Origin: Ramazzottius varieornatus
Taxonomy: Eukaryota > Animalia > Tardigrada
Length of the DNA stretch: 64,000 nt
Direction of reading: 5' to 3'
Assembly: GCA_001949185.1 (NCBI GenBank)
Contig: BDGG01000003.1
Coordinates: 4,895,092-4,959,091 of the forward strand
Shown here: piece by piece, positions 50,601 through 63,756 of the stretch
Position numbering within the stretch: the first letter of the stretch is position 1
How the letters are laid out: each line of letters starts with the position of its first letter
Position numbers and translations under genes: made by a program
Notes under the pieces: model-generated
Databases searched by the model: none
Told to the model about the DNA's origin: nothing
The model's input: only the letters and a program-made list of their open reading frames with translations

Positions 50601-53600
50601 CGCCGGTCATGACGCACAATGACCACCCATCAGTAATGAAAGGAGGTAACACGAGCTGCCCAAGAGGCAACTTGACATTGCGGCCAGTCACTTCTTTTGT
50701 CATTTCCACCATCGATGATCGATCGCTCCTGACCACCATCACTGAACAAGTGCTCTTCTAATCATAACACTACTCAATCTCAAAGTCATTACATCTTTCT
50801 AATTTCCTTCGAAACATCCGCCAAGTTTAGACTCCAAACTCTGCACGAAGCACTTCCGGGCCGGAATATTCTTCGTGTTTTCGAAGATTCATCGTTAGAC
50901 TTACGCACTCATTTCTTCTCATGCTTCGCATTGGTAGAACAGATACAAGAGAATGTGTAAGTGAGTGGCCAGATGTCACAACAATTCATCTTTCTGTATT
51001 CCGGTTTGCGTGAGAGCGTAACATCTGGTGCATAAATTGACCGGCCATCGCGCCAGCCTACTTTCCACCTCCGAAAACGATGGACACACTTTCGCGTCGA
51101 GCTACCCGTTACAGTCCCCCAAAGAACAACAATGGTATCAGCTGTTAAAGCTATAATGAAGTTCGTTCAAGAGACCGCAAGAACGCACCCAATTCTCACG
51201 ACATCTGACCCAACAAGTGTTTCACTGTCACTACACTACAAACTCTTCCTCCTTCGAGTACTTCATAACTTGACACTTCCAACTTTTCCTCTCCGCCTCC
51301 TCATCACTAAATCACATTCATAAGAGTCTTGAAAATGTTTTTTCCATTCTAAACTGAGGAATTCTTCGCTAACTCAAGTTCAGGAACTTTCTGAACTCAC
51401 ACCGACTCGGGCTTCAAAAATGTTCCCCAAAGTGCGCAAGTTTTCAGTGTCATTGGCTGGTAACTTGGGCCACTTCGAAGAACGCTCTCGTCACTCGTCG
51501 AATTTTCGCAAATGCCTAATTGTCAAGACTATGTTGGTTGAGTGGAACGTTTCGTGGACTTTTTCCCTCATTCGGTTGTGATGATTTTCTCGCTCCAAAC
51601 AAGGACCTTCTGGAGTCAGGACAAGAATGACTTTGGGCTGTTGTCGTACTGTAACAGCAGTAGAATGAGACATTTTGTGCGTTACCGAAGTCACAGGTAG
51701 AACCGGTTCTGTTGCTTCCACAGACCACGCCAAGCAAATCCGACACAATTAGTTGCGTATTATGATTCAGCGCCACTCAACCTCAGCGAATAATCGGTCA
51801 GCTTTCGTGCTAATCTGTAATATTTGTTTGCTCATTTATCCGCGCTTTAAACCGCACTCTTCTGACGATCACGAGCAGACATTGGATATCAGGAGACATT
51901 TGTCCGCCCTCAGCGTTCCGCTGGAAGTGAAACTTGGAACATACTGTATCACAGCTCACACGTCAGCGCGAAGCCCGACACCGTCCTGTAATCTCAGACC
52001 TTCACCTGGTCACGAGTCTCCCAAATCTCGGGCACTGTCGGTTCGATAAACCTACTGACAATGAAGCTGCAGTTTGATACTGTAAGCTCGACTTCAAAGT
52101 CGAAGCACAGGGCGAGACGCGAATTTAGAAGCCAAAGTTTCGATGGTGACAATCAAGGATGACCAATCAAGCGAAGTGGACACAACGCGACCGTTGGTCA
52201 GACGGGCTACTGGGCACGGCCCTCAACACCCGGGAACGGTGTGCGGCACGGCCCTCACGCGTGAAACAAGTTGAGTGGGGTGGACTCGGCCTTGACGCCG
52301 AGTTGATTGACTTGGCGCCAAAACGAACTGCCAAAGTAAACTCGCTCTTACGATGACTGCTGCTCATGACGGAAGTCTTTCCTTCGATGGACTTCCAGCA
52401 GCGCCACAGTTCGAGCAGTTTGGAGCGCCAAATGAATTTTAATTGCTGTCAGACGATTACTGTGGCAGACAGCGGTACGAATACAGCTGACAAAAGCCTA
52501 AATCGATTGTCAACGACAATCAGGACGGCTCACGCATAATAAAAAACCTTCTACGCCAAAGACTGACTGATGATGGCGGCGGCGGCGGCGAACTCATGAC
52601 GTGGAGAAAGCTACAGTTTGATGACGGCGTGTTTAACTTCCACCAAAGTCAAACTCTCCCGTGTCAACACCTAAAACACTTGGTCAGGTTGTGCAGGAGG
52701 CAGATGACATCCGTCAAGGTCGAGGAAGTAGTAAGTAAACCGATTAGAGCAGAGGCTGTGAAAGTCAGTTGTATCAGTCAATCATCAGACATGCCCCATG
52801 GTCAAGTTACTGAGTCCGTTCTGGATTTCTGTTTCCTACAAGGTTCGAAGTAGCAATTAAAAGCAGTGAAGCGGTCAACTGATTGGATTAAGTTTGATGA
52901 TACGCTTTGTCGTTTCACGGGAAAAAACTCTATCTATTCATTACAAGCAAGCAAATGGCCGCGGAAGGTTCTACAAGATTAAATAGCAGGTAATCTCGCA
53001 AGGACGTCAAGCGCGTCGAGAGTACTTGTCGCTCTTTTCCCCAGGAACCGGCCAGTCTTTACCAGAAAGACCCGTCTGTCAGAAAAAAGATAAACGCTAC
53101 CTAAACCTCCCACCATGGCGGATTCGGAAGATGCTGAAAGCCTTCTCGTGTCTTTGAAAGCTCTGTTTATCTTCGCTAGCTTAGAACACGGTCTACTAGG
53201 TTCCGGTGTTCTTCACTGGTATCTGTACCGACAAGATATCGATTGAAATGACTACATTTTCAAGTAAAAAGTATTTCTCAGGGAAGCCAAGCTGACAAGA
53301 CGGACGACCAGCTTGTACAACAATCATCGTTAGGAGGAGCGTCTGGTCCTCGTTCATTTTCCAGATCTGTCAAGTCAGACAGGTCTCCGTGTGGTTCTCC
53401 AAAGTTCAAACAGTTTTTTCTTCATTCAAAAGATTCCTGAAGTCAACGGACATGCTCAGTTTTACCCACAAATGTATTCCTTTGAAGGAACATCTCGTCG
53501 TAATTGCTTACTTCATGAATTCCGGGGCCTGCCTGTACACAGCAAACTTACCCTGACGGATCGACGCACTACGTCAGCGCGAACGTGGCAAGCAAACATA

Positions 53601-54667
53601 CCAGCGCGATGACAGCATGTGTTAGTTAGCTAAGTAACCAGCAAAACACGTCAGCTATCGTCTTGCCTCCGTTCAAGTTTTGCCTGGAATGTTTTCTCCT
53701 TTCTGTACCAATCAAAATTTTTCTCGACTGTAAAGGCAGTATGGGAAAAGTCAGTCGAGCGGTTAACGAGGTCAATCGACGTTGAGTCTCGAGCTTCAAG
53801 TTCCATACAAATTGGCCTGCATCTCGATTACAAAATCAACGACGACAAACAAGCTATGAAACAAACGTTGCCGTCCTCTCGCTTTACAAATTAGCGCGAT
53901 CAGATTGCCTCGTGCTTGTTAGTCTAGCATTCTGCTGGCCACGTTTTCCAAGCTCTGTTGCGGTTCTGCTTGTTTAAAGAGTCAGAAACGAGAAAGAGAT
54001 CGAGCGTCTTTACGCAAGAGCGCAAGACATGTTCTCCTAGGATTGTTTGCTTGCCTTTGCCAAAACCCATGCCATGCCAAGCCAAGCCAAGCCAGCTACA
54101 AAAAGAGAGACAGACATTTTCACCTCAGAATAGACTCCACCGCACCACATCAATGTCTGTTTCCGAGGCCAGCAAAGCTAAAGCATATACTGACAACTGT
54201 TCAAGTTGACATTTCATCTTTCTCCTAAATTTATCTCACAACTGTCTCTTAAACTTTACCCGCCATCAGAACCTTTCACCACCAGCCTCTCGCCATCCAT
54301 TAGCGCAAGAGGCTCGCTCAAAGTCGAACAGACGAGAAACCAGCCTGGAAAGTGTGTGAGTGTGATCCAAATCTGCGTTAGGTAACCAACATTACTACCC
54401 TCATAGCCGTACACACACCTTCGTTTCAGAAGAATATAAAGCGTGTATTCCGTGTCGACGATTAAGCGTCGTTTATCTCGCTTCACCTACCTTGTAGACG
54501 TCGGAGAAAAATCCACTACCCAAACGTTCCAGCAAGAAGTCGTCCAGGCAGTACAGCGCGGTGATGGCCTGCCGTAGCGCTCGACATGACGGTCCGGGTA
54601 TTCGTCCAAAGCTATTCCCATCGTCGACCGCCGCGCGGTCAGGCTCATCCAGCGGTTCGGAGAGCAT
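47628..54667 (-). CDS. TESK: TESK/center-divider dual-specificity protein kinase, multi-exon
   Basis: [29 protein letters not shown]|V; [22 protein letters not shown]; [24 protein letters not shown]; [25 protein letters not shown]. About 4.3-kb first intron. Hairpin units at ~48155-48325, 50318-50392, 51420-51490. Confidence 0.93.
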
Positions 54668-56550
54668 AGCTGGAAACTTTCAAGGTCCGAACAGATTCAA
54701 AAGTTGCATCTTCCTTCCACTGAACGCCTGCAACACAAACGGGCAAACCCAATAGATTAAACCCATGAATCAAGAAGATCAATCGGTTTGATTTGAGTGA
54801 TAATTGGCCGAAGTGTTGACATACCGTGTTTAGACGCAACTGAGCAATAAACCAATCAAAAACCGATGGAGGTGACTGCGCGGCTTGATCGAGGTTATAA
54901 ACTTTGGAACTTGGGCCAAAGTCGCGATTCAATGACAATGAGCAAAGATGAGTCAAAAGCCTGAGATATAAATCTGAAAACAAGAGCACGCTGAGTCAAG
55001 AAGTTTTAAGGCATGAAACAAGTTTATGCGAAGGAAAGCCCGCAAGAGACGGAGAAGTGTTTTGCACTTCAGAAGTTACCCTTCTCCGTCAGCGCACTCT
55101 TCCAACAGGCACCCTCAGCAACACTTTTGGACAATCACAAGCCCACAAAATATTCCTACACGTTCAACAGGATGTAATGAGGCTCATCCGTTGGCATAAT
55201 TTTGTCCTTTCATCCCGTTAGATCAATAGGAAATATTTGTGGATTTGCTCAAACGCACCGGAAACGACGCCTTCAGGAATATCTCCAGAGGTAATTTCGC
55301 CAGTCACAACCTTGACCGTTTTATTGACAGAAGCGAGATAAACAGGAGATATGTCCGTTCTTCCGCTTGATAACACCAGATTCCTCGGGGATAGTACAGA
55401 TGGAAGGAATGTTCAAAGTACGAGAAGGCACTTTTGGTGATGACTACTATTGACTAGCTTACAGAAAGGCACACACGTTTGACATCCATGCAAGTTTTTG
55501 GCTTTTTGCTGTTCTGTCAGTTTTGCCCTGTGTCTATGATGACTCAATCATCGACGGAACACACCAATTCCCCCTTTTCGACCACGTGAGATTGTGATCT
55601 GTGATAGGCGGTCAAACAGCCACGTGGTCGACACTTTGTCATAGCCCGTGCAGGAAGGCGGGGCTGCTGAGGTCACACCCTGTCCAATCAAACATATGTC
55701 CCTCACGCTGACTCACTCGATCGATGGCGTAATCGCAGATGGCGCTACGGTCAGCGTTTCCGTTCCGCGGACCGGAAATGACCACTCTCCCAGCCTAAAA
55801 CCGTTTCTGCGAGCTCTGCAGTCTTTTCTGTGTTTTCTCCGAAACCGTTGGAAGAGAAAATTTTATAAGAAGTTGGCGATCTTGCGCAAGGATCTGCTCG
55901 AGTTTCGCATGCAGAGTAGCCGACGTACAAAGTTTCGCGCATCGAAGGTTTTCGCGAAGGCGCACTGATAGTTTTCAACAATGCTATGCGTAGCAAACTG
56001 GACCAGGATCAAGTTAATAATGGGGTCCCTAGTCAAATATCTGCGGAGATTACTGTGCGTGAGTGTACACGAAGCCGGAGGGAGGAAGCTGTCGCAGAAA
56101 GCTGAGACTTGATATAGTGATGCACTATGACGCCTGCGATCTCCCTTGAGCCCCGATCTGCTGGTATTAGAAGAATTAGGTCAGTGGTAATATCCCCAGC
56201 GTGATCCAGTCAGGAGTCTTTCACATTCCCATCGTAAAGCGTCCGCCGGGTGTCGTTCTATAAAATCGATCACGAACTGCTCTCGCTAGTGTATTTACTG
56301 CCTTCCCCATTCAGAAACTTATTCTCTCGTTTCTGTGCCGCTTAAAAGTTCAACTGTGGGGTATACAGGATGCTTGCGTGTTCTCTGCAAAGAAAATCAT
56401 GTCGGGGAAGAGGTGGAAATCAGTCAAAATTGGACCATCCCGGAAGTCGCAAACTCTGGTCGAGAAGGTCTCCGTATAGGCATCTTTTCGTGAAAGACTA
56501 AAGCCACAGTGAAATTCAGGGGAGGATACTTGCTCGACTTGGTCTCAGGC

Positions 56551-57110
56551 CTACCGTCTTATAATTCCATCCATTTTCCAGCTGTCGAAGACCTCATCGA
56601 ATGTCTTGCCGTTAAGCGCAATGTGCTGTAGAGCCAGGTCGTGGAAGATTGTGATGCTCCTAAACGAGACACCAAAATTCATCAAATACGTACGCGCACG
56701 AATATTCGAAAATTCGCTATCCAGTGTCAACAGAGTTTACCCCACCGTTCTTGCAATGTATTTAGTCTCTCTTTGATGTAAGGGTGCAATACTTTGACCA
56801 GTTCCTTATGGATGTTGGCGGGGTTGTTCCATCCGAGAAAAGTCATTCGTGATTCAGCGCAAGGTTCATGCGTGCCTCCGACAACCATCATCAGTTGGTC
56901 GAGTACAATCCTAAAAAATACAACCTGCAATTAAAGAAGGGAAAAGTCTCTAAAGGCCAAGAAATGATAGATATCGTCAACCAATAGAGCAGCCAATACC
57001 TCTTTCCATTTTCCCAATGTCTTTGACATTAGTTCGGTCAGATCCGTCGTCAGTGTTGAAGGAACTTCCTTCAAGCTCGTAAAACTGTGAATAAACTCGA
57101 GGACTGGCAT
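56551..57110 (-). CDS. MIF: Macrophage migration inhibitory factor (MIF)-family protein, copy 1, 3 exons
   Basis: Exons 57110-57000, 56924-56746, 56659-56551: MPVLEF..TDLTELMSKTLGKWKE|VVFFRIVLDQLMMVVGGTHEPCA..IKERLNTLQER|SITIFHDLALQHIALNGKTF. Has the MIF Pro1, DQLM..GG..EPC and terminal TF motifs. Weak GTGGGG donor. Confidence 0.8.
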
Positions 57111-57448
57111 GATGATCTTGAAGAGAGTCGGCTGATGTCTCAGAAGCTGGAATTTTAGGGTCGAGAGCAGGACTATTCGCTGCGACATTACCCTGCAGGC
57201 CAGAGTGTACGTCGTGTTATTATCCAACGACAGCGCCACCTTTGAGGCTTTGGCGCGTATTGTAATAGTCCAGTTATTGAAGCCCGCGCTACGAAACATT
57301 TAACTTGGAAAAGGTCAAAATTAAGACTCGAAGACAGCTCAAGAGACTGAGCTTGTCCAATCAGAAAGAAATACGAACATTTAGCGGAAGACTCTAGTAT
57401 AGGGAAGCGACAAGAGTAATCGGGCGACTGGGAAGCTGACCGTTCAGC

Positions 57449-58032
57449 TCATTGTATCGGTTTTCCGTCAGCGTCGAAAACCTCGTCAAATGTTTTCCCG
57501 CTAAGCGCAATGTGCTCAAGAGCCAGATCGTAGAAAATTACGATACACCTGCAACCAAATACCCGAAATGTGTTAGGTGCATGAGTGATCTGTGTTCCGG
57601 ATGTTTTACTACTGTATCTTGCCGGCTGTCCGATATTTCGGCTGCCTACAAAACTTCGACCTTACCTGTCCTGTAACATGTTTAGTTTCTCCTTCACGAG
57701 GGGATAGAGAACTTTGGTCAGATCCTTGTGGACGTTGGGAGGGTTTATCTTGCCGAGATAAGTCGCTCGGATTTCACCGCAAGGTTCGTGGGTTCCCCCA
57801 AGAGCCATCAGTTGATCGGGCACAATTCGGACAAACACATACTACGACACAAATAAATGGAATTTCACTTACGGTAGAAGCTGCACCACGGCATATCCGA
57901 TCAAATTATTACATACATTACCTCTTATGGTTTTACGAAGGTTTTCGCTACCAGATCAGTCAGATCTGTCAGATCTGTCACCAATGTCGGAGGTACCTGC
58001 TTCACATTGGTCATCAGTTCGAGAAGCGGCAT
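57449..58032 (-). pseudogene. MIF: MIF-family copy 2 with in-frame TAA at the end of exon 1 (pseudogene or rescued by an alternative donor)
   Basis: MPLLELMTNV..VAKTFVKP*E|YVFVRIVPDQLMALGGTHEPCGEIRATYLGKI..KEKLNMLQDR|CIVIFYDLALEHIALSGKTF. TAA at 57925-57927. Confidence 0.75.
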
Positions 58033-58642
58033 GGTGCCTGCCGGTCAGTGAGGATTTCCAGAAGCCCGCCAAACAATCCTTCTGAATCTTGGCCATTACT
58101 GTACCTGCATTACAGGCAAGACATCAAGAGAAGTATTACGTGGAAATGAGGTTGCCCTGTCAGTGCTCGTATCCAATCTGTCGCCAAAAAGGTTTATGAC
58201 ACCTTGTAAGACTTCGATAACCTTATCCCCCGTACGGTGCAGGTCGATCCTTACCGGTGTCCTTTCCAGGGTCAATGTCGAGGAAGTATGGCGACGCCCT
58301 GAACAATAGGAACTGCGCGTCATCATTGAGTGAGTTGACAGTTTATTTCAAGTATGAATCTAATATTGGTTTGATGCAATATTATTTTTTGAATATTTCA
58401 TATTTAGCAAAGTGAAGTAAAGACTAAACAGTAAAATTTACGCCCCCACCGGGAATCACAATATCGTAAAAACTGTAACCAGTAAGCACCGTCGCGCTGA
58501 CCTGACTAGATTGGCTAAGAAAAGGAAAGTAAAATTCAGGCATAGAGGAAACTTGACCGAAACAAATCAAATCAAAATCACCAGTTAGTATCCTTTCACA
58601 TTGTACAAAAATCGTTACCTCACATCGTCAGACTACACAGAT

Positions 58643-61600
58643 TTACCGACTACAAAGTAGCATACGCCACCTGGCTACCACCACCTCCCTGCGCGTGGGA
58701 ACACTAGGAGCTCGGGCTGCCGGGGGCGGCGCCTGGGCAGCCGCCGCCAGAGCTCCTTCAGCTGTCCGCGAACATAGGTGAAAGCGACTTCGCTTCTTCC
58801 GCAGCATCTGCAGAGTATCGTGACGTCTTCGCTCCAGGCTTTGCTCGTACAGGTCGTATTCGCTAATATACCTATCAAAAAGATCGATCGACTTAGACTG
58901 ATAGTAAACCGAAAACTGACGTGGACAGAAACGTACCAAGAAGGAGGCCATCGCTGCTTCGAAAGCATGGCTTGATGCAGTGGAGTCAAAGCTCGCAACT
59001 GCTGTAGGAGATGCCGGTAGATGAAAGCGTAGTGAGTGGTGATAAAGTTACAGCACCAGCTGTAAAGATAACCCGCGTGGAATGCCTGAAAATAAAGTAA
59101 AGATCAAAATCTAAAATAAAAGGGAAAACGAAAACTCGGTCGACAAACTCGACAATAATGTTTTCCTGAGTTACGCATATTTTTGATGTGATTGGCTGGG
59201 ACTACGTGCCACTTGGAGAGAAATCTCGTCAAGTTTGTGCCTTCACCCAAGTCACGCACGTTTTTCCAGTAATATTGGCTGGAACCGTGCGCCACGTGAG
59301 GAAATAACCTTGTTAAAAGTCGACTGTTTCCCAAGCGACGCAGGCTTGTAGCGCTTGGGGCTGGCCGAGTGTGTCACTTGGGAACACGATTTGGTCGGGT
59401 GTCTGGCGAACAAAATTGAAGATCACTTTGAGCATGAGAACATGTCAGAAACGTACCTCGGCCAGTTCGAGTAGTTCCAGAGCTTTAGTAGCCACGACAC
59501 AGTCATCGTTGTTGGTGGAAAGCGAGAGGTAGGTGGAGATGATGTGGTCCTGGATGAGGTCCATCAGTCGTGGCATACAGAAGCGGTCGGCTGCCACCAG
59601 CACTTCCATGGCTTCGTAGACGTCTTTGGTGGCGGGACACTGGTCAATGTACAGGTAGTACAAACACAGTCGCAGGATGTCCGCTTCGATGTCCGGGATG
59701 GTCACGGACAGCTTGGTAGTTTCTTGGAAGGTTCCGCAGAGCATGGCCGACATGAAGGCTGAGCGCTTCGTGACCAGACCACGGAACGAGGGAACTTGGC
59801 CATCGCTCACCTCAAACACCACATCTGGAGACAAACGAAACGTTAAATTCACTAGAACTAAAAAGTATAATAAAAATGTAAATGGAACGTCGGCAAATGA
59901 TATCCACATCATCGCCACAACTGACGCACGTTTTCATTGTGATCGCATGAGGGCGTGCGCCACTTGAGGAAACGACTCCGAAACGCTACCGACTGCTTTG
60001 CCAAGTGGCGCACGGCTTCTTGTTAGCTGATAGTGAGCCAAGCTTGGAAATCGTGTGTTATAAAATTCGTCTCCCACTAGTGTACCTGAGTAAGGTGTGG
60101 TCGGGTCTAGCGCTAAAGAAGCCAAGCGTTTATCTCGTTCAGTCACGAACTGTTGGACGATCCTGGCGTTGCCTTCTTCTTTCTTGTTATTTCCATTCTC
60201 GTCTTCGGGTCTTTCCGGTGGCTCTACTTCCTCCTTGGGTACTGTAGCGTCTTTGACATCTTTGGCTTCCTCTTCGCCGTTTAGTCTCACAGCGATTAAC
60301 TTCGTCAAGTACTTAATCTCGAGATCCTGGGACAGCACCTGCAGCGGTTGGACGGTTTCCGGTGTGAGATCCAAGGCGCCAGTATAGAGGAACTGTATTA
60401 GTGTCTGCAGGGTTCGTTGGTGGAAGTCACGCTGAAGAGTTAGACGAGTCTGACGCCCAAAGTCGCTTTCGATCACCTCGACCTTCTCAAACGAGCGAAA
60501 CACGTGGACGGAAGATAGGATCGAATCACAGTCCGGCTGTGAAGGGCTCAGTATGTCATGGAATTTATCACAAGCTGAAAGAAAACAAGGAGAGAATTAG
60601 TTCACTTCAAAATCCCATCATACCGCTCAAAAAAGCTAGTGAAATCACGGATAGGAGAACAAATGTGTCCGATTATCAGCCACGATATCCGTATGCAGGT
60701 GTATGACCGAAGAGCGCAATAACGCAGGCGCTTCTCGACACATCACCATACTGCATACAAGTACCCAGGTCATGTACTAAAACAACTGTATGCAGCTGGA
60801 TGATGTTCTGTGTGTTCGCTTTATTCAGTATGTTAGACTGTATGTTCTTGGCGCCGGGATAAGTGTGATTAAGTTCGGTTTGGTATATCCAGTTTGGTAA
60901 ATTTTCACACCGAATCGAATATTTTGGTATGAATTCCACACCGGTTTTTTCGATTTGGTGAGTTGCTGCATTAAAACTTCGATTTACCAAACCAAATCAC
61001 ACCGAAAAATCGGTACTTCGATTTACCAAACCAAATCACACCGAAAAATCGGTACTTCGATTTACCAAACCAAATCACACCGAAAAATCGGTACTTCGAT
61101 TTACCAAACCAAATCACACCGAAAAATCGGTACTTCGATTTACCAAACCAAATCACACCGAAAAATCGGTACTTCGATTTACCAAACCAAATCACACCGA
61201 AAAATCGGTACTTCGATTTACCAAACCAAATCACACCGAAAAATCGGTACTTCGATTTACCAAACCAAATCACACCGAAAAATCGGTAAATCGATAATTC
61301 GTGTATAAAGTTTCTCTTACTAACGGAAAAAACCAGAGGACACCAGCGCAAAACGGGCAATCGTATCATTCGATGTTAAACGTTTTCCTTCACTGGATGG
61401 CTGGCTGTCTGACTAGCTAGCTGAGATACGGTCTGCAAGCTGAAAACTTTCTCGAGATCGTTGAAAAATTAGTGAAACTTTCGTCTTTCTAGGCCCTTTC
61501 GGTATGTTTCGATTTATCGAAAAACTTCGATTCAAGTTAGTATCGGTTTGGTGCGAACGCATACCGAAACTGATTTTTCGGTGCGAGGCTCACACTGATA

Positions 61601-63756
61601 ATTTTGGTTTCGGTAACTTCCCATACCAAATCGACAAGCTCGACTTAGTTTCCCAAATCGAGAAGTTCGATTCGGTTTCGGTAAATTTCGGTAATTCACA
61701 CTTGTTTAATAGTATTTTTGTACCTGCAGCGAGAAGTACTCGGTGTGCGCGAACGATACCATCGCCGCAGCACAGTTCCACATCGGGAAACGATGGTTCC
61801 AGCGCCATTCCTGCCAAGTCATCGACGAACGTCGTGCGGACCGAGCGGTGTTCGGGTGTGGGTGGGGGAGGAACTAGGTAGGGCGACTGGAACTCGGCGT
61901 CTCTGACACTCTTGAGATGATACGCCCAGAACCTCGTCTGCCGCCGATGCATCAGCGCGGCTCGGATGGCGTTGGTGAACACCGACCGGATACCGAAACC
62001 TGTACCGTAAATGATTAAGGGCGTAATTACCATTGATCCGGCAACTTTTATCTTGTTCCCGGAAGTCTTCAACGTCATACCGGATGTCAATGAAAAGAGC
62101 CGTGGCTTGCACGCATTATGCGATCCTTAAATCGATAAGGACTGCTGCGGCTTACCCGACAAGACGCTGGTTTCATAATATGCGACAGCGCCGATTTGCG
62201 CTGCCACAGCACGACCTTTTTCCGGAAGGATAACGTCGCTTTCTTTGACGCGCCTAAGAAGAAACAAAAACAAGAGGTAATATCACGATAATTTAAGTGC
62301 AATGAAATAATTCTTCCCCGTATTGTAGCCCGTCAAACAAACCAACAACTCGTTTTCTTAAGTGGCGCACGTTATTAGGTGAACTGGCCGTTTAAGCGCG
62401 TCACTTGGCAAATCGGTCTCGTCGAGTCTGGGTTCGAAATGGCGCACGTTTTCAGTGAAGTAAAGTTGGCTGAAAGTATGCGTCACTTAGTAAAAAGAAT
62501 CTTGTCGGATTTGTTTTCCCAAGTGGCGCGCGACATCAGTGATATTGACTAGAAGCGTGCGTCATTTGGGAAGACAATCTGGTGGAGTATGTTTGCCAAG
62601 CTCTCGTCTGCTTTTTTCACTCTGTAATCAGGTGAGAGATACAACGTACTTTCGTTCATCCGGCATAACTTTGATATAAGCCGGGTCTTTGTACAGGTGA
62701 CGCATGTCATTGCGGAGACCTATGAGGATAATGGGGGTTTTCGGGCAAAAGCGGCGAATTTCCGGCCACCATCGCTCCACAACGTGGCGCAAGGATGCGG
62801 GGCTAATGACTGAGAAGCACAACGCCACCACATCCGACCTAGACAGATTACAAAGCGGTTATACAATGAGAGACAGGTCTCTCTCCGATATCAATCTCCA
62901 ATCAAGCCCACTGCGGGGTTCCCCCATAACCAAAGTATACAGTAATTACCCAATACAAATTCGACGCCCGACTGAAAGCCGCCAGTAAACGTTAACCTAC
63001 CTTCCGTAAGCAAATTTCCTGTCTTTATCGTGACACCCAAACGTATCCCACAAGCGTAAGGTCACGTTAACTCCATCCACAATCTCCCATGAGTTTTCCA
63101 ATACCTACAACAAAACGTTGTCAACCTTCGGGAAGAAAAGAGAGAAAACTGCTGTCGTCATATTGTTAGCCTCGAGAGTCCACTATTTATCGATAAAATG
63201 GGTAACGGTGTATGGATGGTTTATTACTCCACGCCATCGCTCTCTTTCAACCGCTGACGCAAGCGAAGACTATCTATGCCATAATTTGCGGGCTGTATCA
63301 GAGAGATTACCTCTTGATGTTGATGGTATTGATCAATCGCCCAGACCGTCGGGACATGTGTTCCACACAACTCCTTCAAACAGAACTTCGCGTTCCGGGC
63401 TCTGGCGCAAATAAGCCGCGTCTTGCCGACACCGCTATCTCCCACCACGACACACTTGAAGAAAAACAAGACATAAATGAAGCAGAAAACTCAGTGGAGT
63501 AATCAAAAGAATGTGGGAACTCGTCAAACAGACTCGACCAGATCGGTTCCCTAGCGGCGCACGTTATTAGTGTACAGGCAGTAAGAGTGCGCTACTCAGG
63601 AAAATGATCTCGTCAAGCTCGATTGTTTTCCCAAATAGCGCACATTATCGGTGTTATTGGCTGAAAGCGTGCGCCACTTGGGAAATTACAGTCTCACAAA
63701 CATACCTTGACTCTTTCCTGCCGTGGGCGATCATGGTCTATGTGTAGCGTTCCCAT
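58643..63756 (-). CDS. RhoBTB: Rho-related BTB domain-containing protein, multi-exon
   Basis: [17 protein letters not shown]|[30 protein letters not shown]; [15 protein letters not shown]; [18 protein letters not shown]; [10 protein letters not shown]; two BTB domains; RWPPSW|Y..YD.Y. Confidence 0.95.
59150..59400. repeat. Intronic hairpin repeat family, 3 units
   Basis: RhoBTB introns also carry units at ~59915-60055, 62345-62585 and 63535-63690. Confidence 0.8.
60976..61287. repeat. Perfect tandem array, 8 x 39 bp, in a RhoBTB intron
   Basis: Unit ACTTCGATTTACCAAACCAAATCACACCGAAAAATCGGT. The ORF track shows 8 identical 13-aa repeats. Confidence 0.97.

Noticed and set aside
60955-61369. 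Repetitive ORFs on both strands ([13 protein letters not shown])n
   Set aside because: By-product of a stop-free 39-bp tandem repeat inside a RhoBTB intron.
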